Shown: positions 8,156 through 17,973, numbered from the stretch's first letter. The stretch: DNA of 27,943 bases from Chloroflexota bacterium (GCA_025980355.1 JAICXR010000001.1:1-27943), one strand, 5' to 3'. Notes: a model not told the origin generated them from the sequence alone. A program made the numbers and translations.

Positions 8156-11050
8156 ATGGAGGTAACGGCAGCTCCGGCTTCGGCCGTCATCGGCGTTGCC
8201 GGCGTCCCGCCCCGGCCCTGGAGGGCCGTCGGCGCGCGGGTCGGCCTCGCCGCGAGCGCCGGGCCGGCGGTCGCGCTGACCGCCTTCGGGTTGCGCTGCT
8301 GGCTGCTGGGCGCGCCGAGCCTCTGGTATGACGAGGGCGTGAGCTGGTCGCTTGCCCGTCAGCCCCTGACGGCAATGCTCGCCCAACTGGCGCATGCCGA
8401 CTTCAATCCGCCGCTGTACATCGCGCTGCTGCACGGCTGGTTGGGGCCGGCCGGCGACAGCGAATACGCCTTGCGTTACCTGTCGGTCATCGCCGGAACC
8501 CTGGTGGCGCCGTTGTGCTGGGTCCTTGCTCGCCGCCTCTTCCGGTCCCGGGCGGCGGCGGCGACGGCGGCGACGCTGGCGGCGACGTCGGTGTTCCTGA
8601 TCGACTACAGCCAGGAGGCGCGTGGCTATGCCCTGGCCGCCGCCCTCGGCGTGCTGTCCGCCTACGCGCTGTTCCGCCTCCTGGGGGCGGCGACGCCCGC
8701 GATCGTGCAGCGCTGGTGGTGGGGCTACGTGCTGGCGACCGCCGCGGCGCTCTACACGCACTATGCCATGCTGCTGTTGATGCCGGCCCATCTGGTGCTC
8801 GTGGTGCAGCATCGCCGACGGTGGGCGGCGGTCGGCGCGGCCTGGCTGGCCTGCGCCGCGCTGTATCTGCCCTGGTTACCCTCCCTGGGCCGGCAGTTGG
8901 CGACCATGCGGGCGGTTCCGGACTTCTGGGTCGGAAGCATCGTCCCGACCCTGGCGCCGGAACGCGTGCTCGCCGCCGTCGCCCTCGCCCCCGGCGCCCT
9001 GTCTAAGCAGACGGGTCTGCTGCTGGCCGGCGGCGGTGCGGCGGTGGCCTTCCTGGCGCTGGCGGCGCTGCTCGGGCCGGCCCGGAGCAAGGCGGCCGCG
9101 CTTTTGCCGCTGCAACTGGTGTGCCTCCCGCTCATGGAGGCGGCGCTGCTGACCGCCATCTTCCCGAAATTCATTGACCGCTACCTACTGCCCATCGCGC
9201 CGTTCGCCTATGTCGGCGCTGCCGCGCTGGCAGCGCTCCTCCCCACTTCCGCGGTCGCGAGTTGCCGGTTTTCGGGGCGGTGGCGGCCGGCGTTGGGACG
9301 GGCGACCGCCGTCGGCGCCGGCCTGCTGACCGTCGCCAGCGCGGCCCACGCCCTGGCCCACGCGCCGCTGGGGGCGCAGGAGATCAAGGACGGCGATACA
9401 CGGGCCGCCGTCGGCTATATCAACGCGCACGCCATCCCCGGCGACGCGGTGTTGCTGGCGCAGGACACCGGCCCGGTCTTCTCCTACTACTATAACGGCG
9501 CGCTGGGTGGTCCGGGCCGCGGCTGGTTTGGCGTGGTGCCGGAGTTCAGCCGGGGCGACGACTTGCCGGCCCTCGCCGCCGCCCTGAACGGCGCCGCTAC
9601 CGGGCACTCCCGCCTCTGGGTGGTGCTCTGGCACACCGATTTTGCCGACCCGACGGATTATCTCCGCAACGCCCTCGACGTCGGGGCGACGCGGTTGCTC
9701 ACCTACACGGGGGCCACCGGCTACGAGTTGCGCCTCTACCAATTGCGCCCCAACAGCCATTTTTCGCCGCAGGCGTCACCCCTGCACCCGATGTCGGTGC
9801 GCTTCGGCCAGCACATCACCTTTCTCGGCGACGGCATCGAGGACGCTATCCTGCCGGCGGACGTGCCATTCGCCGTGCATACCTGGTTTCGGACCGACGC
9901 ACCGTTAGACCGCGATTACCAGGTGGTGCTACGCCTCGAACGCGACGGCCACGTCTGGAGCCAGATCGCCCTGCGTCCGTCGCTGTACGGCTACCCGGCG
10001 CAGCACTGGCTGCCGGGGATCGACGTGCCGGGGCGTCTGGACTTCAAGGTGGGCGCCGACGTCCCGCCCGCCGACTACCAGCTCACCCTCGCCGTCTACG
10101 ATCCGACCACCCAACAGGACCTGTCGGCGGTGGACGCGACGCGTGGCGCCATCGGCACGCGGGTCGTCCTCGGCACGGTGAAGGTGCTGCCCCCGCAACA
10201 GCCCGGCAAGCCGGCGCCGCCGGCACGCCTGCTCGGCCTCCCGGTCGATAAGGGCTTGGAACTCTGGGGCAGCGGCGCCATCCCGGCGCGCCTGCAACAG
10301 GGTGCCGCCCTGGAGCTGCCCCTGATCTGGCGGGCGACGGGCCAGCCCCAGGCGGACTACCGGGCACAGGTGGAGCTCGCGCCGCTCAGCACGTCGGCGC
10401 CGCCGATCGTGCTCGCCGCCGCCGCGCCGCCAGCACCGAGCCTCGGCACCCGAAGCTGGCCGGCGGGCGACACGTTCGAGGATATTCGGACCTTGCAACT
10501 GCCGCCCAATGCCCCGGTCGGGCCGGCGGCGCTGCAAATGCGTATCCGGAGGATCGACGGCGCCGGCAATGATCGGGTGATTCCCCTCGCCACCATCGTC
10601 GTTGACCCGCGCCCGCGCGACATGGCCGCTCCGGCGGACATCGGTACGCCGGTCGGCGCCCTTTTCGGCGACGCCGCGCTGCTGGCCGGCGTCCAGGTCG
10701 ACAGCCAGGCGGCGCAGCCCGGCGGGCAGGTGACCGTGACGCTCTTCTGGCAATGCCGGCTGCCGCTGGACCGCGACTACACCGTCTTCGTCCATCTGCT
10801 CGACGCCAATAATGCCATCGGCGGACGGCAGCACGACGGGCCGCCCGACGGCGGCGCCGACCCGACGACCAGTTGGGCGCCCAACCAGTGGATCACGGAC
10901 CGGCACGTCGTCCCCATCCCCGCCACGACCCCTCCGGGCGTCTACCGCCTCGAGGTCGGCCTCTATCGCCAGAACGGGGAGCAGTTCCTCCGCTTGCCGC
11001 TCGCCGCGGGCGGCGACGCGCTGATCGCCGGTACGGTGACGGTTCGTTGA
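8156..11050 (+). CDS. GT39/PMT-like (GT-C) membrane glycosyltransferase with three tandem C-terminal extracytoplasmic domains
   Basis: SLWYDEGVS acidic motif after TM1, PPLY..LLHGW, YSQEARGYAL, about 10 or more hydrophobic segments, then three repeats ending in xPPGxYxLxVxxY-like motifs. Confidence 0.85.
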   Translation: MEVTAAPASAVIGVAGVPPRPWRAVGARVGLAASAGPAVALTAFGLRCWLLGAPSLWYDEGVSWSLARQPLTAMLAQLAHADFNPPLYIALLHGWLGPAGDSEYALRYLSVIAGTLVAPLCWVLARRLFRSRAAAATAATLAATSVFLIDYSQEARGYALAAALGVLSAYALFRLLGAATPAIVQRWWWGYVLATAAALYTHYAMLLLMPAHLVLVVQHRRRWAAVGAAWLACAALYLPWLPSLGRQLATMRAVPDFWVGSIVPTLAPERVLAAVALAPGALSKQTGLLLAGGGAAVAFLALAALLGPARSKAAALLPLQLVCLPLMEAALLTAIFPKFIDRYLLPIAPFAYVGAAALAALLPTSAVASCRFSGRWRPALGRATAVGAGLLTVASAAHALAHAPLGAQEIKDGDTRAAVGYINAHAIPGDAVLLAQDTGPVFSYYYNGALGGPGRGWFGVVPEFSRGDDLPALAAALNGAATGHSRLWVVLWHTDFADPTDYLRNALDVGATRLLTYTGATGYELRLYQLRPNSHFSPQASPLHPMSVRFGQHITFLGDGIEDAILPADVPFAVHTWFRTDAPLDRDYQVVLRLERDGHVWSQIALRPSLYGYPAQHWLPGIDVPGRLDFKVGADVPPADYQLTLAVYDPTTQQDLSAVDATRGAIGTRVVLGTVKVLPPQQPGKPAPPARLLGLPVDKGLELWGSGAIPARLQQGAALELPLIWRATGQPQADYRAQVELAPLSTSAPPIVLAAAAPPAPSLGTRSWPAGDTFEDIRTLQLPPNAPVGPAALQMRIRRIDGAGNDRVIPLATIVVDPRPRDMAAPADIGTPVGALFGDAALLAGVQVDSQAAQPGGQVTVTLFWQCRLPLDRDYTVFVHLLDANNAIGGRQHDGPPDGGADPTTSWAPNQWITDRHVVPIPATTPPGVYRLEVGLYRQNGEQFLRLPLAAGGDALIAGTVTVR

Positions 11051-11067
11051 GGCGCCCGTCCTGGCCC

Positions 11068-11118
11068 GCGCTGGTCGGTACGGACGTCCGCGCCGCCGAC
11101 GGGGACGCCGGCCAGCGC
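11068..11118 (+). terminator. GC-rich hairpin after the GT39 gene (possible U-less terminator)
   Basis: GCGCTGGTCGG (11068-11078) pairs with CCGGCCAGCGC (11108-11118) with one G-U; inner CGTCC/GGACG stem. Confidence 0.3.
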
Positions 11119-11229
11119 CTGCACGTCCGCCCCGCCCGCGTCGATGCGGCGTCTCCCCAGCGGAGATGCTATTGTTGAAGATGGCGTCGTCGCGGCGCCG
11201 GTGGACGCGAGCGGGGAGAGCGGGCCTTG

Positions 11230-11715
11230 ATGGAAGACAGAGCGGTCGGCTTGGATGCCGAGCCGCCGGTCAACGAACAGGCGCGCCGGCTCAAGGCGAG
11301 TAGCCTGCTCTGGTTCATCAGCAGCCGCCCCTACGTGCCGATGGCCGACATACGGCGGCGCTTCGGCCTGGCGACGGAGACCGGTACCCTGTTGCACGAC
11401 GACGAAGGCCCCGTCCATATCGGCCTACCGCGCCAGGCGGCGGAAACGTTGCTCGATCTGAAGCGCAAGCAGAAGGTGGAGCTGCAGTACGACCTGGAAT
11501 ATGCCACGCGCATCGCCGTCGGGGCCTATCCGATCCGCATCCGCCTCGCCCCTCCCGCCCCCATCGGGCGCGGGCACCAGCAGGCGGTTCCCAACGAATC
11601 GTTCGCGGCTCCGCCCGAGGCCGGCGAACCGGCGGTCGTGGCCGAAGCCTCCCTGGCGGTCGTGTCGCGCACCGTTCGGCCCTTGCCGTCGGGCCAACGC
11701 CGTCGCCGCCGCTGA
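11230..11715 (+). CDS. Hypothetical protein (globular N-terminal region, Pro/Ala-rich tail ending RRRRR)
   Basis: Fills the gap between GT39 and trkA on the same strand, has GGAG upstream and an ordinary globular composition over the first ~105 aa. No family recognised. Confidence 0.75.
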   Translation: MEDRAVGLDAEPPVNEQARRLKASSLLWFISSRPYVPMADIRRRFGLATETGTLLHDDEGPVHIGLPRQAAETLLDLKRKQKVELQYDLEYATRIAVGAYPIRIRLAPPAPIGRGHQQAVPNESFAAPPEAGEPAVVAEASLAVVSRTVRPLPSGQRRRRR

Positions 11716-11726
11716 AAGGGGAACGG

Positions 11727-11732
11727 TATAGT
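11727..11732 (+). promoter_or_regulatory. Candidate -10 (GG-TATAGT) for the trkA pair
   Basis: Near-consensus -10 27 nt before ATG 11760; no -35 match. Confidence 0.4.
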
Positions 11733-11759
11733 GATGGCACCTGGGATGGACAAAGCAGT

Positions 11760-12194
11760 ATGCATGTAGTGATCGTGGGCTGTGGTCGCGTCGGCGCCAC
11801 CCTGGCGACGATGCTCGCTCGCGGTGGTCATTCCGTCGCCATCGTCGACCACAATAGTCAAGCCTTCGACCGGCTGCCCGATGAGTTCACCGGCCAGACG
11901 GTCATCGGCACGGGCATCGACGAAGACGTGCTGCGCCGGGCCGGGATCGAACACGCCGACGCCTTCGCCGCGGTGATGACGGCGGACAACCGCAATATCA
12001 TGGCCGCCCAGGTGGCCAAGCACGTCTTCCAGGTGCCAAAGGTGGTGTGCCGCATCTACGATCCGCTGCGCGAGGAAACGTATCGCGATCTCGGCCTGGA
12101 GACCATCTGTCCGACCACCATCGGCGCCCAGCAGATCGTCGACTGTTTCGTCAGCAAGACCCCGGTGGCCCTCTCCGGGGCCTTGGAGCACTGA
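11760..12194 (+). CDS. trkA: TrkA/KtrA family K+ transport regulatory protein, RCK N-terminal domain only
   Basis: IVGCGRVG, GTGIDEDVLRRAGIEHADAFAAV, DNRNIM and RIYDP; 144 aa with no RCK_C domain. Confidence 0.9.
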   Translation: MHVVIVGCGRVGATLATMLARGGHSVAIVDHNSQAFDRLPDEFTGQTVIGTGIDEDVLRRAGIEHADAFAAVMTADNRNIMAAQVAKHVFQVPKVVCRIYDPLREETYRDLGLETICPTTIGAQQIVDCFVSKTPVALSGALEH

Positions 12195-12197
12195 CCG

Positions 12198-12884
12198 GTG
12201 TTTGCGCTCATCTGTGGCGGCGGCAAAGTCGGCTACTACCTGGCCAAATCCTTGCTGGTCCAGAACCAGGAATGCGTCCTCCTGGAGCGCGATGCCGACC
12301 GCGCCCACATGCTCGCCGACGAGCTGGGCGACGCGATATTGCCCGGCGACGCCTGTGACCCCCGGGTGCTCGCCCGCGCCGGCATCGAACGCGCCGATGT
12401 GGTGATCGCCGTCACCGGCGACGACGAGGACAACCTCGTCATCTGCCAGGTGGCGAAGCGCCGCTTCCATACTGCCCGCACGATCGCCCGCATTAACAAC
12501 CCGAAGAATGAGGCTATTTTCATCAAGCTGGGGATCGACGTCACGATCAGTCCGACCCAATTGGTCCTGGCCGCCATCTCCACCGACCTACCCGACCAGG
12601 GGGTCGTCCATCTGGCGACCTTACGGCAGTATGGCCTGGAGTTGGTGGAACTGACGTTGCGCTCCGCCTCGCCGGCGGTCGGCCGCACGTTCACCGATCT
12701 GGCCCTCCCGCCGGGCACCCGCTTGCTGTCGGTGTTACGCCAGGGTGAAGCCCCGATCTACGATCGTTCGCTGCTCCTGGCGGCCGGCGATGTATTGCTG
12801 GCGACGACCCGACAGGAAGACGAAGCGGAACTGCGCCGCGTCGTCGTCGGCGCGCCCGTCACGACGTACATGGGCCGGGCGTAG
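12198..12884 (+). CDS. trkA: TrkA family K+ transport regulatory protein (RCK_N + RCK_C)
   Basis: ICGGGKVG, GDACDP, AVTGDDEDNLVICQ and ARINNPKN, plus C-terminal SPAVGR...LAAGD; GTG 3 nt after the upstream stop. Confidence 0.92.
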   Translation: MFALICGGGKVGYYLAKSLLVQNQECVLLERDADRAHMLADELGDAILPGDACDPRVLARAGIERADVVIAVTGDDEDNLVICQVAKRRFHTARTIARINNPKNEAIFIKLGIDVTISPTQLVLAAISTDLPDQGVVHLATLRQYGLELVELTLRSASPAVGRTFTDLALPPGTRLLSVLRQGEAPIYDRSLLLAAGDVLLATTRQEDEAELRRVVVGAPVTTYMGRA

Positions 12885-12940
12885 GGGCAGTGGGCTGAAG
12901 CCATCGGCCATGGCCCTCGCCTGAACTGAATCGTATCCCG

Positions 12941-13612
12941 CTAATGCCACAGTCCGGCGGCGCCCAGCAGCGCCGCATAGCCGCCCAATGTCAGATACGT
13001 GCCATAGGCCGGCGCGTCGCCTAGCTTCGCCCGGCGCAACGCCACCAGGAAGAGCGACGCGACGCCGCCCAGGCAGACCCCGATGAAGACGGCGGTCAGG
13101 ATGCGTTCGGTCCCCACCATCAGCCCCATCAGGGCGGCGAGCTTCACGTCCCCGAGCCCCAACGCCGCCTGACGGAACACCAGCAAGCCCAACCCGTAAA
13201 AGGCCGCGAACAGCACGAGGCCGATGGCGCCCCCGGTCAAGGCGCTACGGAGCGAGAGATAGGCGGGGTGGGGGAGCGCAATCGCGGCGAGCACGGCGAG
13301 GAGGGCGAGCGGCGCCGTCCAGATGTCCAGGATGTAGCGCACGCGCAGGTCGACCGTGAAGATGACGGCCAGGGCGGCGGCCCAACCCGCCTGCACAGCG
13401 ACCACGGCCGTCAAGGGCCGGTTCCAGAAGAGGAGGAGCGCCGCCACCGCCACGGCCACGGCCAGCGCCGCCCCGCCGACCGGCGGCAACGTCGCCCCCG
13501 GTTCTTCCGGCTCCCGCCGGGCGATATAGGCGAGCAGCAGCCGGGTCGCGAGCAAGGCCGCGCCGCCCAGCCCGATCGCCAGCAGCACGCCGGCCAGCGG
13601 TGCAGTGCTCAC
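12941..13612 (-). CDS. A24 family prepilin peptidase (no N-terminal CxxC domain; TadV/CpaA-like)
   Basis: Multiple TM helices, first Asp in FTVDLRVRYILD, LGLGDVKL (GDxK) and PAYGTYL; GGAGG before GTG 13612. Confidence 0.85.
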   Translation of the reverse strand: MSTAPLAGVLLAIGLGGAALLATRLLLAYIARREPEEPGATLPPVGGAALAVAVAVAALLLFWNRPLTAVVAVQAGWAAALAVIFTVDLRVRYILDIWTAPLALLAVLAAIALPHPAYLSLRSALTGGAIGLVLFAAFYGLGLLVFRQAALGLGDVKLAALMGLMVGTERILTAVFIGVCLGGVASLFLVALRRAKLGDAPAYGTYLTLGGYAALLGAAGLWH

Positions 13613-13655
13613 CGCTTCTCCTCCCTCACGGTCTCACGGCTTCGCGGCGCCACGG

Positions 13656-14885
13656 CTATTGGGCGGTGGAGGACTGTTGGATGCGCTGCTGGTTCTGCGT
13701 CTGCTCCTGCAGGGTGTGGGAGAAGACGTGCGTGCCGTCGCCCTTGGCGACGAAGTAGAGATAGTCGCCGGTCGGGCTGAGCGCGGCCTGGATGCTGGCC
13801 AGGCCCGGGTTGCAGATCGGACCGGGCGGGAAGCCCAGGTGGTTGTAGGTGTTGAACGGGCTGTCCGGCGCCAGGGTCCGCGCCTGGGCGGTCAGTTGGG
13901 GCCACCAGTTGCTGGGCTGACCCAGGGCGTACTGCACCGTCGGGTCGGCGCACATGCACTGGCCCTGTTTGAGGCGATTCCAATAGACGCCGGCGATGAG
14001 CGAACGCTCCGACGGCACCGCCGCTTCCCGCTCCACAATCGACGCGACGATCAGCACCTGGTAGAGCGTGTGCCCCTGGGCCTTAGCCTGGTCGCGCATC
14101 GCCGGCGTCACGTGTTGGCCGAAGTTATCGAGGATCTTCGTGACCACATCGCTGGCGTTGTCTTTCTGCAGGAACTCGTAGGTATCGGGGAAGAGGTAGC
14201 CCTCCAGGCTCGCACCGGCCGGACGGTCGGCCAGGAAGTTTTCCCCGAACGTGGCGCTCTGACTCTTCGTGACGGAGAGGAAGTCCGTGGCGGTGACCAC
14301 GCTTTGCTTCTCCAGTTGGGCGGCCTCCTGTTCCATGCGCCAGCCTTCCGTGAAGCGCACGGCCACCGCCACCGGCGGCGTGGCGTTCTCCAGCACCGAA
14401 ATGATCTGGTCGGTGGTCATACCCTGCTTCAGCGTGTAGGTCCCCGCCTCTAGCGAGCCGTTGGAGCCGGTGAGCCGGACTTGGAGCCGGAAGACCAGGG
14501 CGCTGGAGATCAGCCCCTGCTGCTGCAACTGGTCGGCGACGTCCGTCCAGGTGGCGCCCGGTTTGACGATGAAGGGAATCGATTGGCCGGCGGCGATGCT
14601 GCTGCGACTGCTCGTCGCCGCCCGTTGGCTGCTGACGGTGCTGGCGGTCGTCGCCGCGCTCGCCGTCGTCGCGCCAGCCGTATTGCCGGCGAGGAGGTTG
14701 CGTCCACCGACATAGAGGGCGCCGACGATGGCGGCCAGGACCAGCAGCAGCAGCAGGCCGGCGAAACCGCCGCCGCCGCCGCCATTGGGCCGGCGGAACA
14801 TCCGGCGGCCGCCGGTACGTTGGACCCGCGAGCGGCGAATTGTCGATAACTCCCGGGTGCGCCCCGTGACCTGACGATTAGCCAT
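13656..14885 (-). CDS. mltG: Endolytic peptidoglycan transglycosylase MltG
   Basis: Single TM, LEGYLFPDTY, ASIVEREA (catalytic Glu), DPTVQY, SPFNTY...GFPPGPICNPG and YLYFVAKGDGTHVFS; abuts the ruvX stop (TGAATG). Confidence 0.95.
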   Translation of the reverse strand: MANRQVTGRTRELSTIRRSRVQRTGGRRMFRRPNGGGGGGFAGLLLLLVLAAIVGALYVGGRNLLAGNTAGATTASAATTASTVSSQRAATSSRSSIAAGQSIPFIVKPGATWTDVADQLQQQGLISSALVFRLQVRLTGSNGSLEAGTYTLKQGMTTDQIISVLENATPPVAVAVRFTEGWRMEQEAAQLEKQSVVTATDFLSVTKSQSATFGENFLADRPAGASLEGYLFPDTYEFLQKDNASDVVTKILDNFGQHVTPAMRDQAKAQGHTLYQVLIVASIVEREAAVPSERSLIAGVYWNRLKQGQCMCADPTVQYALGQPSNWWPQLTAQARTLAPDSPFNTYNHLGFPPGPICNPGLASIQAALSPTGDYLYFVAKGDGTHVFSHTLQEQTQNQQRIQQSSTAQ

Positions 14886-15308
14886 TCATCCGTCCTCGCG
14901 CCGGCTATCCAGGTATCCCTGCAATAACAACGTGGCGGCTACTTCGTCGACGTGCTGGCGGTGCTGGCGGCGCTTGACGCCCATACTGTCCAGTGAGCGA
15001 TGCGCCTGTACGCTGGTGAGCCGTTCGTCCAAGACCTCCACCGGCAGTTCCGTGTGGCGTTGCAGCGCCACCACCCAGCGCCGGGTCAGTTCGGCCTGGA
15101 CACCGGGCTGCCCGTTCATGCCGAGCGGCATCCCGACGACGATCCGGCCCACGTCCTCCGCGGCGATGATGCCGTCGATCGCCGCCATCTCCTCATCGCG
15201 CAGGCCGCGCCGGATCGTCCGGAAGCCGCCGGCGACATTGCCGGTCGGGTCGCTCAAGGCGAGGCCGATGCGTTGTTCACCAAGGTCGATGGCCATGATC
15301 CGCGACAT
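14886..15308 (-). CDS. ruvX: Holliday junction resolvase RuvX / pre-16S rRNA nuclease YqgF
   Basis: AIDLGEQRIGLALSD, VVGMPL, DERLTS and DEVAATLLLQ; follows alaS. Confidence 0.95.
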   Translation of the reverse strand: MSRIMAIDLGEQRIGLALSDPTGNVAGGFRTIRRGLRDEEMAAIDGIIAAEDVGRIVVGMPLGMNGQPGVQAELTRRWVVALQRHTELPVEVLDERLTSVQAHRSLDSMGVKRRQHRQHVDEVAATLLLQGYLDSRREDG

Positions 15309-15309
15309 G

Positions 15310-17940
15310 TCAGGCGCGCACCAGGTCGTCGCGCAAGCTGCTCAACGCCGCCGGAACGCCGCCAGGGACGCTGCTGCTCCCGGTCGCCATACGCGGATTG
15401 CCCCCGCCGCCCCCGCCGCCGCTCCGCTTCGCCAGCTCCTTGACCAGGCGACCGGCGTCCTGACCGGCCTTCGTCAGGTCCGGCGAGACGGCAGCGAGCA
15501 ACTGGGTCCGGCCATTGCCAGGGGCGGCCAGTAGGACCACCACCGGTTGGAGACGGTCGAGGAGATCGTCGGCGAGCTGGCGTAGCCCGGCCGTTTGGTC
15601 GGCCCGCACCTGCTCTGCCACGACGCGGAAGCCGTTGGCCGCCACGGCGTGGCCGGCCAGGCGTTCCGCCTCCCGCTGCAGCTGCTCCCGTTCGGCGGCC
15701 TGCAGTTTCCGGCGCAGTTCCTCCAGGTCCTGCTGCAGCGCCTGCACCCGTTGCGGCAGCTCCGACGGGGCGGTCTTAAACTGGCGGGCGAGGTCGTCGA
15801 GCAGCCATGCCTGTTGCCGGGCGTAGGCGACGGCGCTGAGCCCGGTCAGCGCTTCGATCCGGCGCACGCCGGCGCCGATGCCGCTCTCGGCGACGATGAA
15901 GAAGGGGCCGATCTCGCCACTCTGCTGGACGTGGGTGCCGCCGCAGAGCTCCTTGCTGTAGCCGTCCACGGAGACCACGCGCACCATGTCGCCATATTTC
16001 TCCCCGAACAGGGCCATCGCCCCCTCGGCGCGCGCTTCCGCCAGCGGCTTGATGGCGGTGGTCACCGGCACGTCCAGCGTGATCTGCTCGTTGACGTCGC
16101 GCTCGACGGCCTGCAATTCCTCCGCCGCGAGGCGGGAACCGTGCGTGAAGTCGAAACTGAGGTGGTCGGGCGCCACCACGGAGCCGGCTTGCTCCACGTG
16201 CTCGCCCAGGTGCTCACGCAGGGCGCGGTGTAGCAGATGGGTCGCCGTATGGTTCCGTCGCGTGTCGGCGCGCCGCCGCCGGTCGACGACGGCCGTGACG
16301 GCGTCACCTTCGTGGAGCTCGCCACCCGCCAGCGTCCCCGTGTGGAGCACGACGCCGGACGGCAGCCGTTCCAGTTCTTCCACGTTGACGAGGGCGTCGC
16401 CGGCCCGCAGTTCGCCGGTGTCGGCGACCTGGCCGCCGCTCTGGACGTAGAACGGCGAGCGGTCGAGGATGACGGCGAGGCGCTTACCCGGCTCGACCCG
16501 CCCCACCGGCTGCCCGTCGCAGACGAGGCGCAGGACTGTCGCCTCCGTTTCCAGCTCGGTGTAGCCGGTGAACTCCGTCGGCGGCAGGGCGGCGATCGCG
16601 CCGGAGGCGGTCTCCCCCACGGCCCCCGTCGAGCGGCGGCGATAGTCGCGCTTGCCGCTCGCCACCTGGCGGGCCATCTCCGTCTCGAAGCCGGCGACAT
16701 CGACGCCGAGGTTCCGTTCGGCCGCCAGCTCCTGCACCACCTCCAGCGGCAGCCCCTGGCTGTCGTAGAGGCGGAAGACGCGTTCACCGGGGAGCACCCG
16801 GTCGCCCCGCCGCTCCACCTCGTGTGCCAGGCGCTCGAACGCCGCCATCCCGGCCTGTAATGTCGCGCTGAAGCGTTGTTCCTCGTCTGTCAGCACCTGC
16901 CGGATGCGCTCCGCGCGCTGGGGCAACTCCGGATAGGCAGCGCCGTAGATGCGGATCACGACGCTCGCCAAGTCGGCCAGAAAGGGCTCGCCGATATCCA
17001 GGAGCACGCCGTGGCGCACGGCCCGGCGGATCAGGCGGCGCAGCACGTAGCCGCGCCCTTCGTTGCCGGGGCGCACGTTGTCGGCCAGGAGGAAGGTGAC
17101 GCCGCGAAGGTGGTCGGCGATGATGCGCAGGGAGCGGTCGTGGCCGGCGTCGGCGCCGTAGGAAACGTGGGCGATCGCCGCGGCGCGGTCCAGGATCGGC
17201 CGGAAGCGGTCGGTCTCGTAGTTCGTGCGCACGTCTTGCAGGAGGCAGGCCATTCGGTCCAGCCCCATGCCGGTGTCCACGTTCGCCTTCGGCAGCGGAT
17301 GCAGGTTGCCGGCGGCGTCGCGGTTGTACTGCATGAACACGACGTTCCAGAACTCCACGAAGCGCCCGCAGTCGCAGTCCGGTCCGCAGGTCGGGCGTTG
17401 GCAGCCGACAGCCGGCCCCCGATCGTAGAACAGTTCGGTGTCCGGGCCGCAGGGGCCGATCGCGCCCTCCTCCGGCCACCAGTTCTTGGCGAGGGGGACG
17501 ATCCGCGCGTCCGGCAGGCCGATCCGCCGCCAGAGGCCGGGGGTGACGTCGTCGTCCGGGTGCACCGTCACCGAAATGCGGTCGCGCTCCAGGCCGAGGT
17601 CGCCGGTGGAGAGTTCCCAGGCATAGGCGACGGCATCCTCCTTGAAGTAGTCGCCGATCGACCAGTTGCCGAGCATGTCGAAGAAGGTGTTATGGATGTC
17701 GTCGCCCACCTCGTCGATGTCGGTGGTACGGAAGACCTTCTGGATCGAGGCCAGACGGCGGCGCGGCGGCTCGGCGTGGCCCAGCATATAGGGCAGAAAT
17801 TGGTCGACGCCGGCGGTCGTGAAGATCAGGCCGGACTCCTTGGGGGCGATGAGCGACGAACTGGGCACGATCAGATGTCCACGCTCGGCAAAGAAGCGCA
17901 GGAAGGTCTCGCGAATCTGATCGCCCGTTGCGCCCGCCAT
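15310..17940 (-). CDS. alaS: Alanine--tRNA ligase
   Basis: HNTFFDMLGNWSIGDYFK, VEFWNVVFMQY, VDTGMGLDR, ADHLR, NHTATHLL (HxxxH) and ELCGGTHV editing site. Confidence 0.98.
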   Translation of the reverse strand: MAGATGDQIRETFLRFFAERGHLIVPSSSLIAPKESGLIFTTAGVDQFLPYMLGHAEPPRRRLASIQKVFRTTDIDEVGDDIHNTFFDMLGNWSIGDYFKEDAVAYAWELSTGDLGLERDRISVTVHPDDDVTPGLWRRIGLPDARIVPLAKNWWPEEGAIGPCGPDTELFYDRGPAVGCQRPTCGPDCDCGRFVEFWNVVFMQYNRDAAGNLHPLPKANVDTGMGLDRMACLLQDVRTNYETDRFRPILDRAAAIAHVSYGADAGHDRSLRIIADHLRGVTFLLADNVRPGNEGRGYVLRRLIRRAVRHGVLLDIGEPFLADLASVVIRIYGAAYPELPQRAERIRQVLTDEEQRFSATLQAGMAAFERLAHEVERRGDRVLPGERVFRLYDSQGLPLEVVQELAAERNLGVDVAGFETEMARQVASGKRDYRRRSTGAVGETASGAIAALPPTEFTGYTELETEATVLRLVCDGQPVGRVEPGKRLAVILDRSPFYVQSGGQVADTGELRAGDALVNVEELERLPSGVVLHTGTLAGGELHEGDAVTAVVDRRRRADTRRNHTATHLLHRALREHLGEHVEQAGSVVAPDHLSFDFTHGSRLAAEELQAVERDVNEQITLDVPVTTAIKPLAEARAEGAMALFGEKYGDMVRVVSVDGYSKELCGGTHVQQSGEIGPFFIVAESGIGAGVRRIEALTGLSAVAYARQQAWLLDDLARQFKTAPSELPQRVQALQQDLEELRRKLQAAEREQLQREAERLAGHAVAANGFRVVAEQVRADQTAGLRQLADDLLDRLQPVVVLLAAPGNGRTQLLAAVSPDLTKAGQDAGRLVKELAKRSGGGGGGGNPRMATGSSSVPGGVPAALSSLRDDLVRA

Positions 17941-17973
17941 GCCTGCCTACTCCCCCGCTCACGTCCTCAGTGC

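Noticed and set aside
13625-13655. Short CTCACGG/CCACGG repeats between mltG and the peptidase
   Set aside because: Only 6-7 bp, irregular spacing, compatible with chance at this GC content.
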